A stretch of DNA of 64,000 bases from Bacteroidia bacterium (lineage in GTDB: Bacteria; Bacteroidota; Bacteroidia; M30B66), in NCBI GenBank assembly GCA_965279035.1, contig OZ257142.1, positions 2,304,001 to 2,368,000 on the forward strand. The letters are read 5' to 3'. Position numbers and translations under genes: made by a program. The notes beneath the pieces were generated by a model, which worked only from the letters and a program-made list of their open reading frames with translations, searched no databases and was not told the origin of the DNA. Positions 40,366 through 49,592 of the stretch are shown one piece after another; within the stretch, counting starts at the first letter, position 1, and each line of letters starts with the position of its first letter.

Positions 40366-40404
40366 TATGATTGCAGTCATAAACTTATTATGATAAATGT
40401 CATA
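40366..40404. promoter_or_regulatory. Tandem Crp/Fnr-type boxes between the nos operon and tnaA
   Basis: TATGAT-TGCA-GTCATA (40366-40381) and TATGAT-AAAT-GTCATA (40389-40404). Confidence 0.75.
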
Positions 40405-40458
40405 GTTTAAGCGAATTGCTTGAATTTCATTTGTCGATTGAGAAAACGAATAGCCGCA

Positions 40459-41844
40459 ATGGAAAACAAAAAGCAAAGGGTACTCGCAGAACCATTCAGA
40501 ATAAAGATGGTTGAGCCGCTTAAAATCACAACAGAAGAATACAGATTAGAAGCGTTGAAAAAAGCAGGATACAATCCATTTTTACTTAGAGCAGAAGATG
40601 TATTTATTGATTTATTAACTGATAGTGGTACAGGTGCCATGAGTGATAATCAATGGGCAGGTATTATGATGGGTGATGAAAGCTATGCCGGTGCGAAAAG
40701 TTGGGAACATTTGGAAGCTGTTGTAAAAGAATTAACAGGCATGCCTTATATTTTACCAACCCACCAAGGTCGTGCAGCTGAACGCATTTTGTATGGTATT
40801 TTAGGTGGAAAAGACAAGATATTTTTAAGTAATACCCATTTCGATACAACACGTGCAAACATCGAATTTACAGGTGCTACTGCGATTGATGTTATGCCGC
40901 ACAATGCAAACGATCCTGAAATCTATATGCCTTTTAAAGGAAATATCGATATCAGTAAAGTAGCCACACTCATTGAAGAACACGGTCGCGAACATATTGG
41001 GGCAATTATTATTACCGTGACGAATAACTCAGCTGGTGGACAACCCGTGAGTATGGAAAACGTAAAAGCATTGCGAGTGATTTGCGATGAATGCCATATT
41101 CCACTTGTCATTGATGGCTGTCGCATTGCAGAAAATAGCTATTTCGTTAAACACCGTGAAGAAGGTTATGCGGATAAAACCTATGAAGAAATTGCAAAAG
41201 AAATGCTTCGTTTAGGTGATGCATTTATTATGAGTGCTAAGAAAGATGGCTTAGTAAATATAGGTGGTTTATTAACTTTAAGGGATGAAGCCCTATCGTT
41301 AAAATGCAAAAATCTACTTATCATTTCTGAGGGCTTTACTACGTATGGTGGATTAGCTGGGCGTGATATGGAAGCACTTTCAATTGGTTTAAAAGAAGTG
41401 TTTGATGCCGATTATCTTCACTATCGAATTCGAAGTACAGCTTATTTAGGTGAGCATCTAAAAGCCAAAGGAATTCCTGTTGTTTGGCCAATTGGTGGAC
41501 ATGCAGTATACATAGATGCTAAGAAACTATATCCCAATATTCCATTAGAAGAATATCCTGGACAGGCTTTAGTGTGTGATTTATACATTAAAGGTGGAAT
41601 TCGCTGTGTGGAAGTTGGAAGTGTTATGTTTGGTAAATACGATGAAAATGGAAAGTTAATTCCTGCTGCAAATGAATTAGTGCGTTTAGCTATTCCCAGA
41701 CGAGTTTATACCCAAAGTCACATTGATTATGTCTTAGAAATATTTGATGATATTCTCGAATTACGTGATCAAAAAAGAGGATACAAAATCACGTATGAGC
41801 CACCCTTCTTAAGGCATTTTACTGCAAAGTTTGATAAGTTGTAA
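40459..41844 (+). CDS. tnaA: Tryptophanase
   Basis: IDLLTDSGT, HQGR, MSAKKD (PLP Lys), RLAIPRRVY. C-terminal LRHFTAK has His as in TnaA, whereas tyrosine phenol-lyase has LRFFT. Confidence 0.88.
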   Translation: MENKKQRVLAEPFRIKMVEPLKITTEEYRLEALKKAGYNPFLLRAEDVFIDLLTDSGTGAMSDNQWAGIMMGDESYAGAKSWEHLEAVVKELTGMPYILPTHQGRAAERILYGILGGKDKIFLSNTHFDTTRANIEFTGATAIDVMPHNANDPEIYMPFKGNIDISKVATLIEEHGREHIGAIIITVTNNSAGGQPVSMENVKALRVICDECHIPLVIDGCRIAENSYFVKHREEGYADKTYEEIAKEMLRLGDAFIMSAKKDGLVNIGGLLTLRDEALSLKCKNLLIISEGFTTYGGLAGRDMEALSIGLKEVFDADYLHYRIRSTAYLGEHLKAKGIPVVWPIGGHAVYIDAKKLYPNIPLEEYPGQALVCDLYIKGGIRCVEVGSVMFGKYDENGKLIPAANELVRLAIPRRVYTQSHIDYVLEIFDDILELRDQKRGYKITYEPPFLRHFTAKFDKL

Positions 41845-41857
41845 TAATTGAATTAAA

Positions 41858-41893
41858 AATAAAAAAGGTTAGCATTATGCTAACCTTTTTATT
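41858..41893. terminator. Bidirectional terminator between tnaA and the fasciclin gene
   Basis: AAAAAAGGTTAGCAT-T-ATGCTAACCTTTTT. Confidence 0.88.
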
Positions 41894-41901
41894 CAATTAA
41901 A

Positions 41902-42456
41902 TCAAGGTAGTAATACCTCGTCAATTACATGGATTACTCCATTTGATGTTGGAATACATGCTGATATTGTTGCTTTACCATTTATAATTATTTTATCACC
42001 TTTTTTAGTAATTGATATTTTACCACCATTTACCATCTCGAAAGATTGACCATCTTGTAAATAGTCAGTTTTCAATACTCCAACGTATGTGTGATACTCC
42101 AATATATTCTTCAAATCTGCTTGATTTTCGGGCTTCAATAAATTATCTAAAGTTCCTGCAGGTAATTTATCAAAAGCTGCATTTGTCGGACCGAAAACTG
42201 TAAAAGGACCTGTAGTGCTCAATACATCAACTAAATCAGCTGCCTTAACTGCAGCAACTAATGTTGAATGATCTTTACTTCCCGATGCAACTTGAACAAT
42301 ATTTGGATCAGATGTTTCATCAACAACAGAAGCTTGTCCATTCGCATTCGAACTAGTATCTGCTTTTTGGTCAGATGTTTTACTTTCTTGATTTGAATTA
42401 CAAGCAAGAAGATTAAGAAGTGCAAAGAAAATGAAGGGAGTAATGTGAGTTTTCAT
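41902..42456 (-). CDS. Fasciclin (FAS1) domain lipoprotein
   Basis: Lipobox LLAC; TVFGPTNAAF, ILEYH and SNGVIHVIDEVLLP motifs. Confidence 0.93.
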   Translation of the reverse strand: MKTHITPFIFFALLNLLACNSNQESKTSDQKADTSSNANGQASVVDETSDPNIVQVASGSKDHSTLVAAVKAADLVDVLSTTGPFTVFGPTNAAFDKLPAGTLDNLLKPENQADLKNILEYHTYVGVLKTDYLQDGQSFEMVNGGKISITKKGDKIIINGKATISACIPTSNGVIHVIDEVLLP

Positions 42457-42501
42457 CGTATAGATTTTTTTAGCAATCTACAGATGACACATTTTCTAGT
42501 T

Positions 42502-42517
42502 TATGATTCAAATCACA
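42502..42517. promoter_or_regulatory. Crp/Fnr-type box upstream of the fasciclin gene
   Basis: TATGAT-TCAA-ATCACA. Confidence 0.65.
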
Positions 42518-42549
42518 ATATCAATTCATGAAAAGTGCTCACGCTTAAA

Positions 42550-43140
42550 TTAATAGAATAATTTACGATTAATTATTTCTACTTTTTTTTGTTCCTGCAT
42601 TCGTCTCAATGTTCTTATTACAGTTTCAACTCTTAAACCAGTATGATTGGCAATTTCTTGACGGGTAAAAGGAATTAGAACTCTTTCTTTAATACCATCT
42701 TTTAATCTTAATGAATTTAAAAATCCAAGTATTCTAATTTCCGGTGGATTATTAATAATTTCTCTAGCTGTTTTTGTCTTATTATAAATTCGTTGTGCAA
42801 ACTCAAGTAGAAATACCATTTGGAGATTTGGATTGTCATTTAGTAGTTCATGGAGCTTTCCGGCAGGTAACTTTATAAGTTCGGTATCTTTTAATGCAAT
42901 GGCTGTTGCCGGGTAATTTTCTCTTATAAATAATGGAGGTTCTCCAAAACTGCACCCTTCATAAAATAAACCTTGGGTGAATTCTTTCCCTTCTAGGTTC
43001 ATATTATACATGCGAACTTCTCCTGTAACAATTTGAAAAAACCAACGAGGCAATTCTCCTTCGTGAAATATAATCTCACCTTTTTGGTAGCACTTTCGAA
43101 CAGCACCATATTCAAGCAATAAATCACAATCCAACTTCAT
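42550..43140 (-). CDS. Crp/Fnr family transcriptional regulator
   Basis: cNMP-binding barrel (IFHEGE, SFGE) and HTH TRQEIA..TGLRVETVIR. No FNR-type N-terminal Cys cluster. Confidence 0.93.
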   Translation of the reverse strand: MKLDCDLLLEYGAVRKCYQKGEIIFHEGELPRWFFQIVTGEVRMYNMNLEGKEFTQGLFYEGCSFGEPPLFIRENYPATAIALKDTELIKLPAGKLHELLNDNPNLQMVFLLEFAQRIYNKTKTAREIINNPPEIRILGFLNSLRLKDGIKERVLIPFTRQEIANHTGLRVETVIRTLRRMQEQKKVEIINRKLFY

Positions 43141-43578
43141 AGGTAAAAAATTAACACACCAGCATATGAATAATGTGTGATTTATTAAACAACTCTAAAA
43201 ATATATATCTTAAATGGAACTATAATCTCGTTCATCACATTTTAACCAATTTCCCTATACTGTTTATCCTTCCTACTAAGCAATTATATTTTATAACGAT
43301 ATGGTGTTTTTAAGCTTCTCTAAGATGATACAAGATGCATAAAAATCCAAATTTATATGCGATACCTCAATCGAAGTTATTTAGAACAATTTCATAATCT
43401 TGAAATCATTATGTTTTTAATGGAAGTTTCGAAATTAAGATTGTTTCAAATCCTCTGAAGAAGACAGCCCTGCACATAATTGGGGCAATTATTACCACAT
43501 TGACCAACAATTAAACAAGGGCATTCCCTTAAAATGAAATCGTAAATGCATTTTTTGACTTGTTTGAAAAGCCGTAAT

Positions 43579-43615
43579 AAAAAAAAAGAGACTGAATTTA
43601 ATTCAGCCTCTTTTT
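43579..43615 (-). terminator. Rho-independent terminator
   Basis: A9-GAGACTGAAT-TTA-ATTCAGCCTC-T5. Confidence 0.8.
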
Positions 43616-43638
43616 ATGTTGTGGTTTATGATGATCGA

Positions 43639-44454
43639 CTATCGTAAAATAGTGAATTTGCTCGTTGATTGATTTTTTGAATCATTCAACTTGATTATAT
43701 AAGTTCCTTCAGACAACTGGCTGATATCAATAGTTAAAACTTGATTTCCACTAGCAGTGATTTTTTCGCTGTGAACTAGTTGACCTGTAATTGTATAAAT
43801 GCTTGCTAACATCAGTTCATTTGAAGTTGATTGAACACGAAGATTCAACACATTGGAACTTGGATTTGGGTAAACAGATTGAATCGTGTTTGATGCTTCT
43901 TCGATACCATTAATACATGGTGTAGGAGTAAGTACACCAGATGGAAAAACAGCTTCGATATCCGCCACGGTAGAAATTGGCCAAATATCAATGTTAATGA
44001 ATTTATTATCTGGTCCAATGAGAACGATTGTTGGGTATGCACCTGGTCCAAAAGTATTTCCAATGGTACTTCCACCTTCAGTTCCAATCCATGTTGGATA
44101 AGAATCTTCCCCATTAATTCCTGCTTGAGAATCGAACGATTCTAAAGTTGTTAAAGTTCCAGCTGCATCCGATTCATTCCCAAGAACAACTACATTCACT
44201 CCATTACACCCATATTTCTTGTAAAACGCATCAATCTTTGGTGCTGTATTCATGCATGGACCACACCAATAAGCAAAGAAATCAATGATTACATATTTTC
44301 CTTGAGATGTATAGGTATACAAATCATGCGTATTCCCATGGGTGTCTGTAGCTGTAAAGTTGGGCGCAGTTTGACCAACACTGAAATTTTGAAGTTGTGC
44401 TGAGGCATTGATACTTAATATGACTCCTGCTATAATCGCGTAGATTTTTTTCAT
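43639..44454 (-). CDS. T9SS-secreted thioredoxin-like (TlpA/redoxin) protein
   Basis: Signal peptide, APNFT, DFFAYWCGPC, YPT; C-terminal VYPNP..LSEGTY T9SS domain. Confidence 0.85.
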   Translation of the reverse strand: MKKIYAIIAGVILSINASAQLQNFSVGQTAPNFTATDTHGNTHDLYTYTSQGKYVIIDFFAYWCGPCMNTAPKIDAFYKKYGCNGVNVVVLGNESDAAGTLTTLESFDSQAGINGEDSYPTWIGTEGGSTIGNTFGPGAYPTIVLIGPDNKFINIDIWPISTVADIEAVFPSGVLTPTPCINGIEEASNTIQSVYPNPSSNVLNLRVQSTSNELMLASIYTITGQLVHSEKITASGNQVLTIDISQLSEGTYIIKLNDSKNQSTSKFTILR

Positions 44455-44701
44455 GAAGAAAGGTTGATTTGAATAAGCAATTTAAAAAGAAATTTGTTTT
44501 GAGAGACTGATATACTTCATTTTATTAATTTCACTCAAGCTTTTTTAGTTAAAATTTTGCAGATTGATAAATTTTAGGCCGAAATATTAAACACTTGAAT
44601 GGTAAAAAGAAGAAAAGGGGATCAATCCACTAAAAAAAGTTGGACATCCATGTGTCTCAGGCTTTTCTTTCTTAGATTTGCCACCGTTTGAAATCAAAAC
44701 T

Positions 44702-45685
44702 ATGAGAACAATACAATTCCGTGAAGCTTTACGTGAAGCACTAAACGAAGAAATGCGTCGTGATGAACGTGTCTTTTTAATGGGTGAAGAAGTAGCCGAA
44801 TACGATGGTGCTTATAAAGTGAGTCAAGGTATGCTCGCCGAATTTGGTCCCAAACGCGTAATCGATACTCCCATTGCGGAATTAGGTTTTGCTGGAATTG
44901 GAGTAGGGGCAGCTATGAATGGCTTACGTCCTGTAATTGAATTCATGACGTTCAACTTTTCACTTGTAGCCATCGACCAAGTAATTAATTCTGCTGCTAA
45001 AATGATGTCGATGTCGGGCGGACAATTTACCGTTCCAATCGTATTTCGCGGTCCAACTGCTTCGGCTGGCATGTTGAGTTCACAACACAGTCAGGCTTTT
45101 GATAATTGGTACGCCAACACTCCAGGATTAAAAGTGATTGTTCCATCGAATCCTGCTGATGCAAAAGGATTGCTCAAAAGTGCTATTCGCGACAACGATC
45201 CAGTTATTTTCATGGAAAGTGAGCAGATGTATGGTGATAAAGGGGAAGTTCCTGAAGGTGAATACCTCATTGAAATTGGGAAAGCCGATATCAAACGTGC
45301 AGGTACAGATGTGACTATTGTTTCCTTTGGAAAAATCATGAAAGCCTGTTATTTAGCTGCCGATGAGCTAGAAAAAGAAGGTGTTTCTTGCGAAATTATC
45401 GACTTACGCACCATTCGTCCGATCGACTATGCAACGGTTATAGAATCGGTTAAAAAGACCAACCGTTTGGTTATTGTTGAAGAAGCCTGGCCTCTTGGAA
45501 GCATCGCCACCGAAGTAACATTCAAAGTTCAAAAAGATGCATTCGATTACCTCGATGCTCCAATTCTTCGTGTTACTTCTGCTGATGTACCGCTTCCTTA
45601 TGCACCAACACTTATTGAAGCAGCTCTGCCGAATCCAAGCAAAATCATTGCAGCTGTAAAGCAAGTAATGTATACAGCTAAATAA
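44702..45685 (+). CDS. pdhB: Pyruvate dehydrogenase E1 beta subunit
   Basis: GEEV, DTPIAE, EFMTFNF, QHSQ and DLRTIRP motifs. TAGATTTG promoter box at 44673-44680. Confidence 0.95.
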   Translation: MRTIQFREALREALNEEMRRDERVFLMGEEVAEYDGAYKVSQGMLAEFGPKRVIDTPIAELGFAGIGVGAAMNGLRPVIEFMTFNFSLVAIDQVINSAAKMMSMSGGQFTVPIVFRGPTASAGMLSSQHSQAFDNWYANTPGLKVIVPSNPADAKGLLKSAIRDNDPVIFMESEQMYGDKGEVPEGEYLIEIGKADIKRAGTDVTIVSFGKIMKACYLAADELEKEGVSCEIIDLRTIRPIDYATVIESVKKTNRLVIVEEAWPLGSIATEVTFKVQKDAFDYLDAPILRVTSADVPLPYAPTLIEAALPNPSKIIAAVKQVMYTAK

Positions 45686-45810
45686 GTAGAATACATTCAT
45701 TATCAACGTGTAATAAGCTTGATTGGGCGGAACGTTTTTCCACTCAATTATTCTTGTATTTTTGCGCTCCCATTTTCTATTGTTAAGAAACGTTAAATCT
45801 AAAATCTCAT

Positions 45811-48222
45811 ATGGAGAACTTCATTTACATCATTCCTGCTCTAGGCGTGATTGGCTTAATCTGGATGGCAATTCAGTCTGCTTGGGTTAGTAAACAAGAT
45901 GCTGGCGATGCCAAAATGCAAGAATTAGCTGGCTACATTGCCGACGGTGCCATGGCTTTCCTTAAAGCTGAATGGAAAGTGTTAAGCTTTTTCGTCGTTT
46001 TTGTTGCTATCCTATTAGCTTATTCAGGAACCATTCATGAAGTAAACGGTAAAGAGATTCACTCTAGTTGGATCATTGCAATTGCCTTTGTTATCGGTGC
46101 TGTTTTTTCAGCTACAGCCGGTTATATCGGAATGAAGGTGGCTACAAAAGCAAACGTTCGTACCACACAAGCCGCTCGTACTAGTTTAAAGCAAGCATTG
46201 AAAGTATCATTCACCGGAGGAACTGTGATGGGCTTAGGTGTTGCCGGTTTAGCAGTGCTAGGTTTAGGTGGATTATTCATCGTATTCCTTAGCATTTTCG
46301 CTGATCTTGGAGTTAATACCATTAAAACATCCATCGAAGTATTGACCGGTTTCTCTCTTGGAGCTGAGTCAATCGCATTATTTGCTCGTGTTGGTGGTGG
46401 TATCTATACCAAAGCTGCCGATGTAGGAGCCGACTTAGTAGGTAAAGTAGAAGCAGGAATTCCAGAAGATGATGTACGTAACCCAGCAACTATTGCCGAT
46501 AACGTAGGTGATAACGTAGGTGACGTTGCTGGTATGGGTGCCGATTTGTTCGGTTCATATGTAGCAACCATTTTGGCTACCATGGTATTAGGTCAAGAAA
46601 TTGACGCAAGCACTGATAAATTTGGTGGAATGTCGCCAATCCTTTTACCGATGTTGATTTGCGGTTTAGGAATTATTTTCTCCATCATTGGAACTTGGTT
46701 CGTAACCATTAAGGATGATAAATCGAACGTTCAAAATGCATTGAACTTAGGTAACTGGTCTTCAATGTTAATTACTGTTGCAGCTTCTTACTTTATAGTA
46801 ATGTGGATGCTTCCTGAACATTTAAGTCTTCGTGGATATGAATTCACCAACATCAACGTATTTTTTGCAATCGTAGTTGGAACTGTTGTAGGTGCTGTAA
46901 TGAGTATCGTTACTGAGTATTACACTGCAATGGGTAAAGCTCCGGTTAACTCCATTATTCAACAATCTTCTACTGGACACGCAACCAATATAATTGGTGG
47001 TTTATCAGTAGGGATGAAATCAACAGTGATTCCAATTATCACCTTAGCTGCTGGTATTATGGCTTCTTACCATTTTGCTGGATTATATGGTGTAGCAATC
47101 GCTGCTGCTGGTATGATGGCAACTACAGCTATGCAATTAGCTATCGATGCTTTCGGACCGATAGCGGATAATGCTGGTGGTATTGCTGAGATGAGTCAAC
47201 TTCCTCCAGAAGTTCGTGAGCGTACAGATAATTTAGATGCTGTTGGTAACACAACTGCTGCAACTGGTAAAGGTTTCGCGATTGCTTCTGCTGCCTTGAC
47301 TTCTTTAGCACTTTTCGCTGCTTTCGTAGGTATTGCAGGTATTTCAGCAATCGATATTTACAAAGCTCCTGTATTGGCTGGTTTGTTTATCGGTGGTATG
47401 ATTCCTTTCATTTTCTCAGCATTGTGTATTCAAGCTGTTGGTAAAGCTGCCATGGACATGGTTCAGGAAGTTCGTCGTCAGTTCCGCGAAATTCCAGGTA
47501 TCATGGAATATAAAGCAAAACCTGAGTATGAGAAATGTGTTGCTATTTCGACCAAAGCTTCTATCCGTGAAATGATGTTGCCAGGTGCTATTGCTATTGT
47601 AACTCCAGTATTAGTTGGTTTCGTTTTCGGACCTGAAGTTTTAGGAGGTTTATTAGCAGGTGTAACTGTATCGGGTGTATTGATGGGGATTTTCCAATCA
47701 AACGCAGGTGGTGCTTGGGATAACGCTAAAAAATCGTTCGAAAAAGGAGTGATGATTAATGGCGAAATGTTCTACAAAAAATCAGAACCACATAAAGCAT
47801 CTGTAACGGGTGATACTGTAGGTGATCCATTTAAAGATACTTCTGGACCATCCATGAATATCTTGATTAAATTGATGAGTATCGTTTCGTTGGTTATTGC
47901 TCCTTACATCGCTGTAGTTGCTACAACGAACAAAGATGAAGCTTGCATGCCAGGTGCTTGTAACCATGAAATGATGGAAGCTCATTGCAAAGAATCAGGA
48001 GTTTGTGCTGCAACTGGAAAAGCCTGTACTTGGAATGATTCTACAAACACATGTGCTCATAACGACGGAACCGTTTGCAACGAAATGAACGCTGCCGGAG
48101 CAAAAGCATGCTGCACACCAGAAGGTGAAATGCAAGCTGAATGCAAATCAGGTGAGAAAAAAGATTGCTGCAAAGAAGGCGCTGAAGCTGCAACAGCTAA
48201 AAAAGATTGCTGCAAAAAATAG
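45811..48222 (+). CDS. hppA: K+-dependent membrane pyrophosphatase with Cys-rich C-terminal tail
   Basis: [41 protein letters not shown] and [10 protein letters not shown] motifs. Confidence 0.96.
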   Translation: MENFIYIIPALGVIGLIWMAIQSAWVSKQDAGDAKMQELAGYIADGAMAFLKAEWKVLSFFVVFVAILLAYSGTIHEVNGKEIHSSWIIAIAFVIGAVFSATAGYIGMKVATKANVRTTQAARTSLKQALKVSFTGGTVMGLGVAGLAVLGLGGLFIVFLSIFADLGVNTIKTSIEVLTGFSLGAESIALFARVGGGIYTKAADVGADLVGKVEAGIPEDDVRNPATIADNVGDNVGDVAGMGADLFGSYVATILATMVLGQEIDASTDKFGGMSPILLPMLICGLGIIFSIIGTWFVTIKDDKSNVQNALNLGNWSSMLITVAASYFIVMWMLPEHLSLRGYEFTNINVFFAIVVGTVVGAVMSIVTEYYTAMGKAPVNSIIQQSSTGHATNIIGGLSVGMKSTVIPIITLAAGIMASYHFAGLYGVAIAAAGMMATTAMQLAIDAFGPIADNAGGIAEMSQLPPEVRERTDNLDAVGNTTAATGKGFAIASAALTSLALFAAFVGIAGISAIDIYKAPVLAGLFIGGMIPFIFSALCIQAVGKAAMDMVQEVRRQFREIPGIMEYKAKPEYEKCVAISTKASIREMMLPGAIAIVTPVLVGFVFGPEVLGGLLAGVTVSGVLMGIFQSNAGGAWDNAKKSFEKGVMINGEMFYKKSEPHKASVTGDTVGDPFKDTSGPSMNILIKLMSIVSLVIAPYIAVVATTNKDEACMPGACNHEMMEAHCKESGVCAATGKACTWNDSTNTCAHNDGTVCNEMNAAGAKACCTPEGEMQAECKSGEKKDCCKEGAEAATAKKDCCKK

Positions 48223-48258
48223 TATTAAGTACAAAGTAGAAAGTACAAAGTAGAAGAT
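48221..48258. repeat. Left 7-nt tandem repeat array
   Basis: AGTATTA AGTACAA AGTAGAA AGTACAA AGTAGAA GAT, continuing as ACAA AGTAC after the IS. Confidence 0.75.
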
Positions 48259-48306
48259 TGTCCGTGACTGAAATAGGTTGACCAAAATCAACTTAAAAAA
48301 CGGGAC

Positions 48307-48729
48307 ATGAAAAAGCATTTAAATCGCAAAGAAGTAATTCGGCCACGAAGAGTTTTTAGTGAAGAATTAAAGCGTCAAACAGTTAAGGATATTGAATCCG
48401 GAGTGGCTTCAGTATCTAAAGTAGCCCAGGAACTAGGAGTAACAATAACTTCAGTTTATCGATGGATTTATCAATATAGTCGATATTTGAAGAGAGGAAA
48501 AATCTTAGTAGTGGAAGTGCAAAGCGAATCATACAAAAGCAAAGAGCTTGAGCAGCGCATCCGTGAATTGGAAGCCGCATTGGGCCGAAAACAGATGGAA
48601 CTTGATTTATTGAGCAAGGTCATTGAGTTAGCAAATGAGGAGTTCCAAACTGATTTAAAAAAAAATTTATTAAACCAGCCTTACTCTGGTTCCGATCCAC
48701 AAAAGGACAAAAGCACGGGTACAAAATGA
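48307..48729 (+). CDS. IS3 transposase OrfA
   Basis: FSEELK...VAQELGV...VYRW HTH plus coiled coil; LKK encoded over the A9 run. Confidence 0.92.
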   Translation: MKKHLNRKEVIRPRRVFSEELKRQTVKDIESGVASVSKVAQELGVTITSVYRWIYQYSRYLKRGKILVVEVQSESYKSKELEQRIRELEAALGRKQMELDLLSKVIELANEEFQTDLKKNLLNQPYSGSDPQKDKSTGTK

Positions 48730-49592
48730 AGAGTCTGTTAGAAGTGGCAGGCCTTAGTAAGCAAGCACTTTGGAAGAGTGAAAGACGAAGTCGCGACCAA
48801 TTAAAGGTGGAAGAAAGTATCGTTCGTTACATATCAAAAGTGCGTCATAATCATCGCCAAATGGGTTGTAGAAAGATCTATTTTATGGATCCACAACGCC
48901 ATCCAATAGGTAGGGATGCTTTTGAGCGGATTGGTTTTAGGTACGGATATAAGGTTAAGAAGAAGAGAAATCCAATACGAACGACTTGGTCTCAACGCGT
49001 TGAGATATATGACAATCTGATAAATGGAATAACGATTAATGATGTGAATATGCTTTGGCAATCTGACATATTTTATCTCGATGTAGAGCATGCACATCAT
49101 TATGGAATCTGTATTGAAGATGTCTATTCAAGGCGCTTATTAGCTCTACATCTGTCTCCAAGCTTAAGAGCGGAGGAAAATATCAAAGCACTTAGAAAAG
49201 CCTTTAAAATAAGGAAAGGGCACGATTTAGATAATTGCATTTTTCATTCTGATCGAGGTTCACAATACATCAGCACGATGCATAAAGAGATGCTAAAAAG
49301 CAAAGGAATACGAATCAGTATGGCGTCAATAGCACAAGAAAATGCTTATGTTGAACGAATAAATGGCATCATAAAAAACGAGTACTTACTTCAATGGAAT
49401 CTAACCAAAAGCAATCTCAATGAGATGGCAAAAAAGGCAATGGATCTTTACAATAATGAACGACCACACAGTGAATTAGGCATGCTAACACCTACTGAAT
49501 ATGAAAAAGTGAATAACCAAAGAAATCAAAATCCTTCTATGACCATATATAACTGGAATTCAGGAAATATCAACAGAAATACAACTTCTTAA
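48726..49592 (+). CDS. IS3 transposase OrfB (DDE)
   Basis: WQSDIFY, HSDRGSQY, NAYVERING..KNE and YNNERPHS motifs; in the -1 frame relative to orfA. Confidence 0.95.
   Translation: MKSLLEVAGLSKQALWKSERRSRDQLKVEESIVRYISKVRHNHRQMGCRKIYFMDPQRHPIGRDAFERIGFRYGYKVKKKRNPIRTTWSQRVEIYDNLINGITINDVNMLWQSDIFYLDVEHAHHYGICIEDVYSRRLLALHLSPSLRAEENIKALRKAFKIRKGHDLDNCIFHSDRGSQYISTMHKEMLKSKGIRISMASIAQENAYVERINGIIKNEYLLQWNLTKSNLNEMAKKAMDLYNNERPHSELGMLTPTEYEKVNNQRNQNPSMTIYNWNSGNINRNTTS

Noticed and set aside
40459-41844. Tyrosine phenol-lyase as an alternative call
   Set aside because: MSAKKD and LRHFT match tryptophanase; tyrosine phenol-lyase has MSGKKD and LRFFT.
43141-43578. ~440-bp gap that might hold a pseudogene or small RNA
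   Set aside because: The plus-strand frames I read are broken by stops and show no recognisable motif or strong structure, so I cannot support a call.
44702-45685. pdhB without pdhA or pdhC
   Set aside because: Split pdh genes are usual in Bacteroidota.
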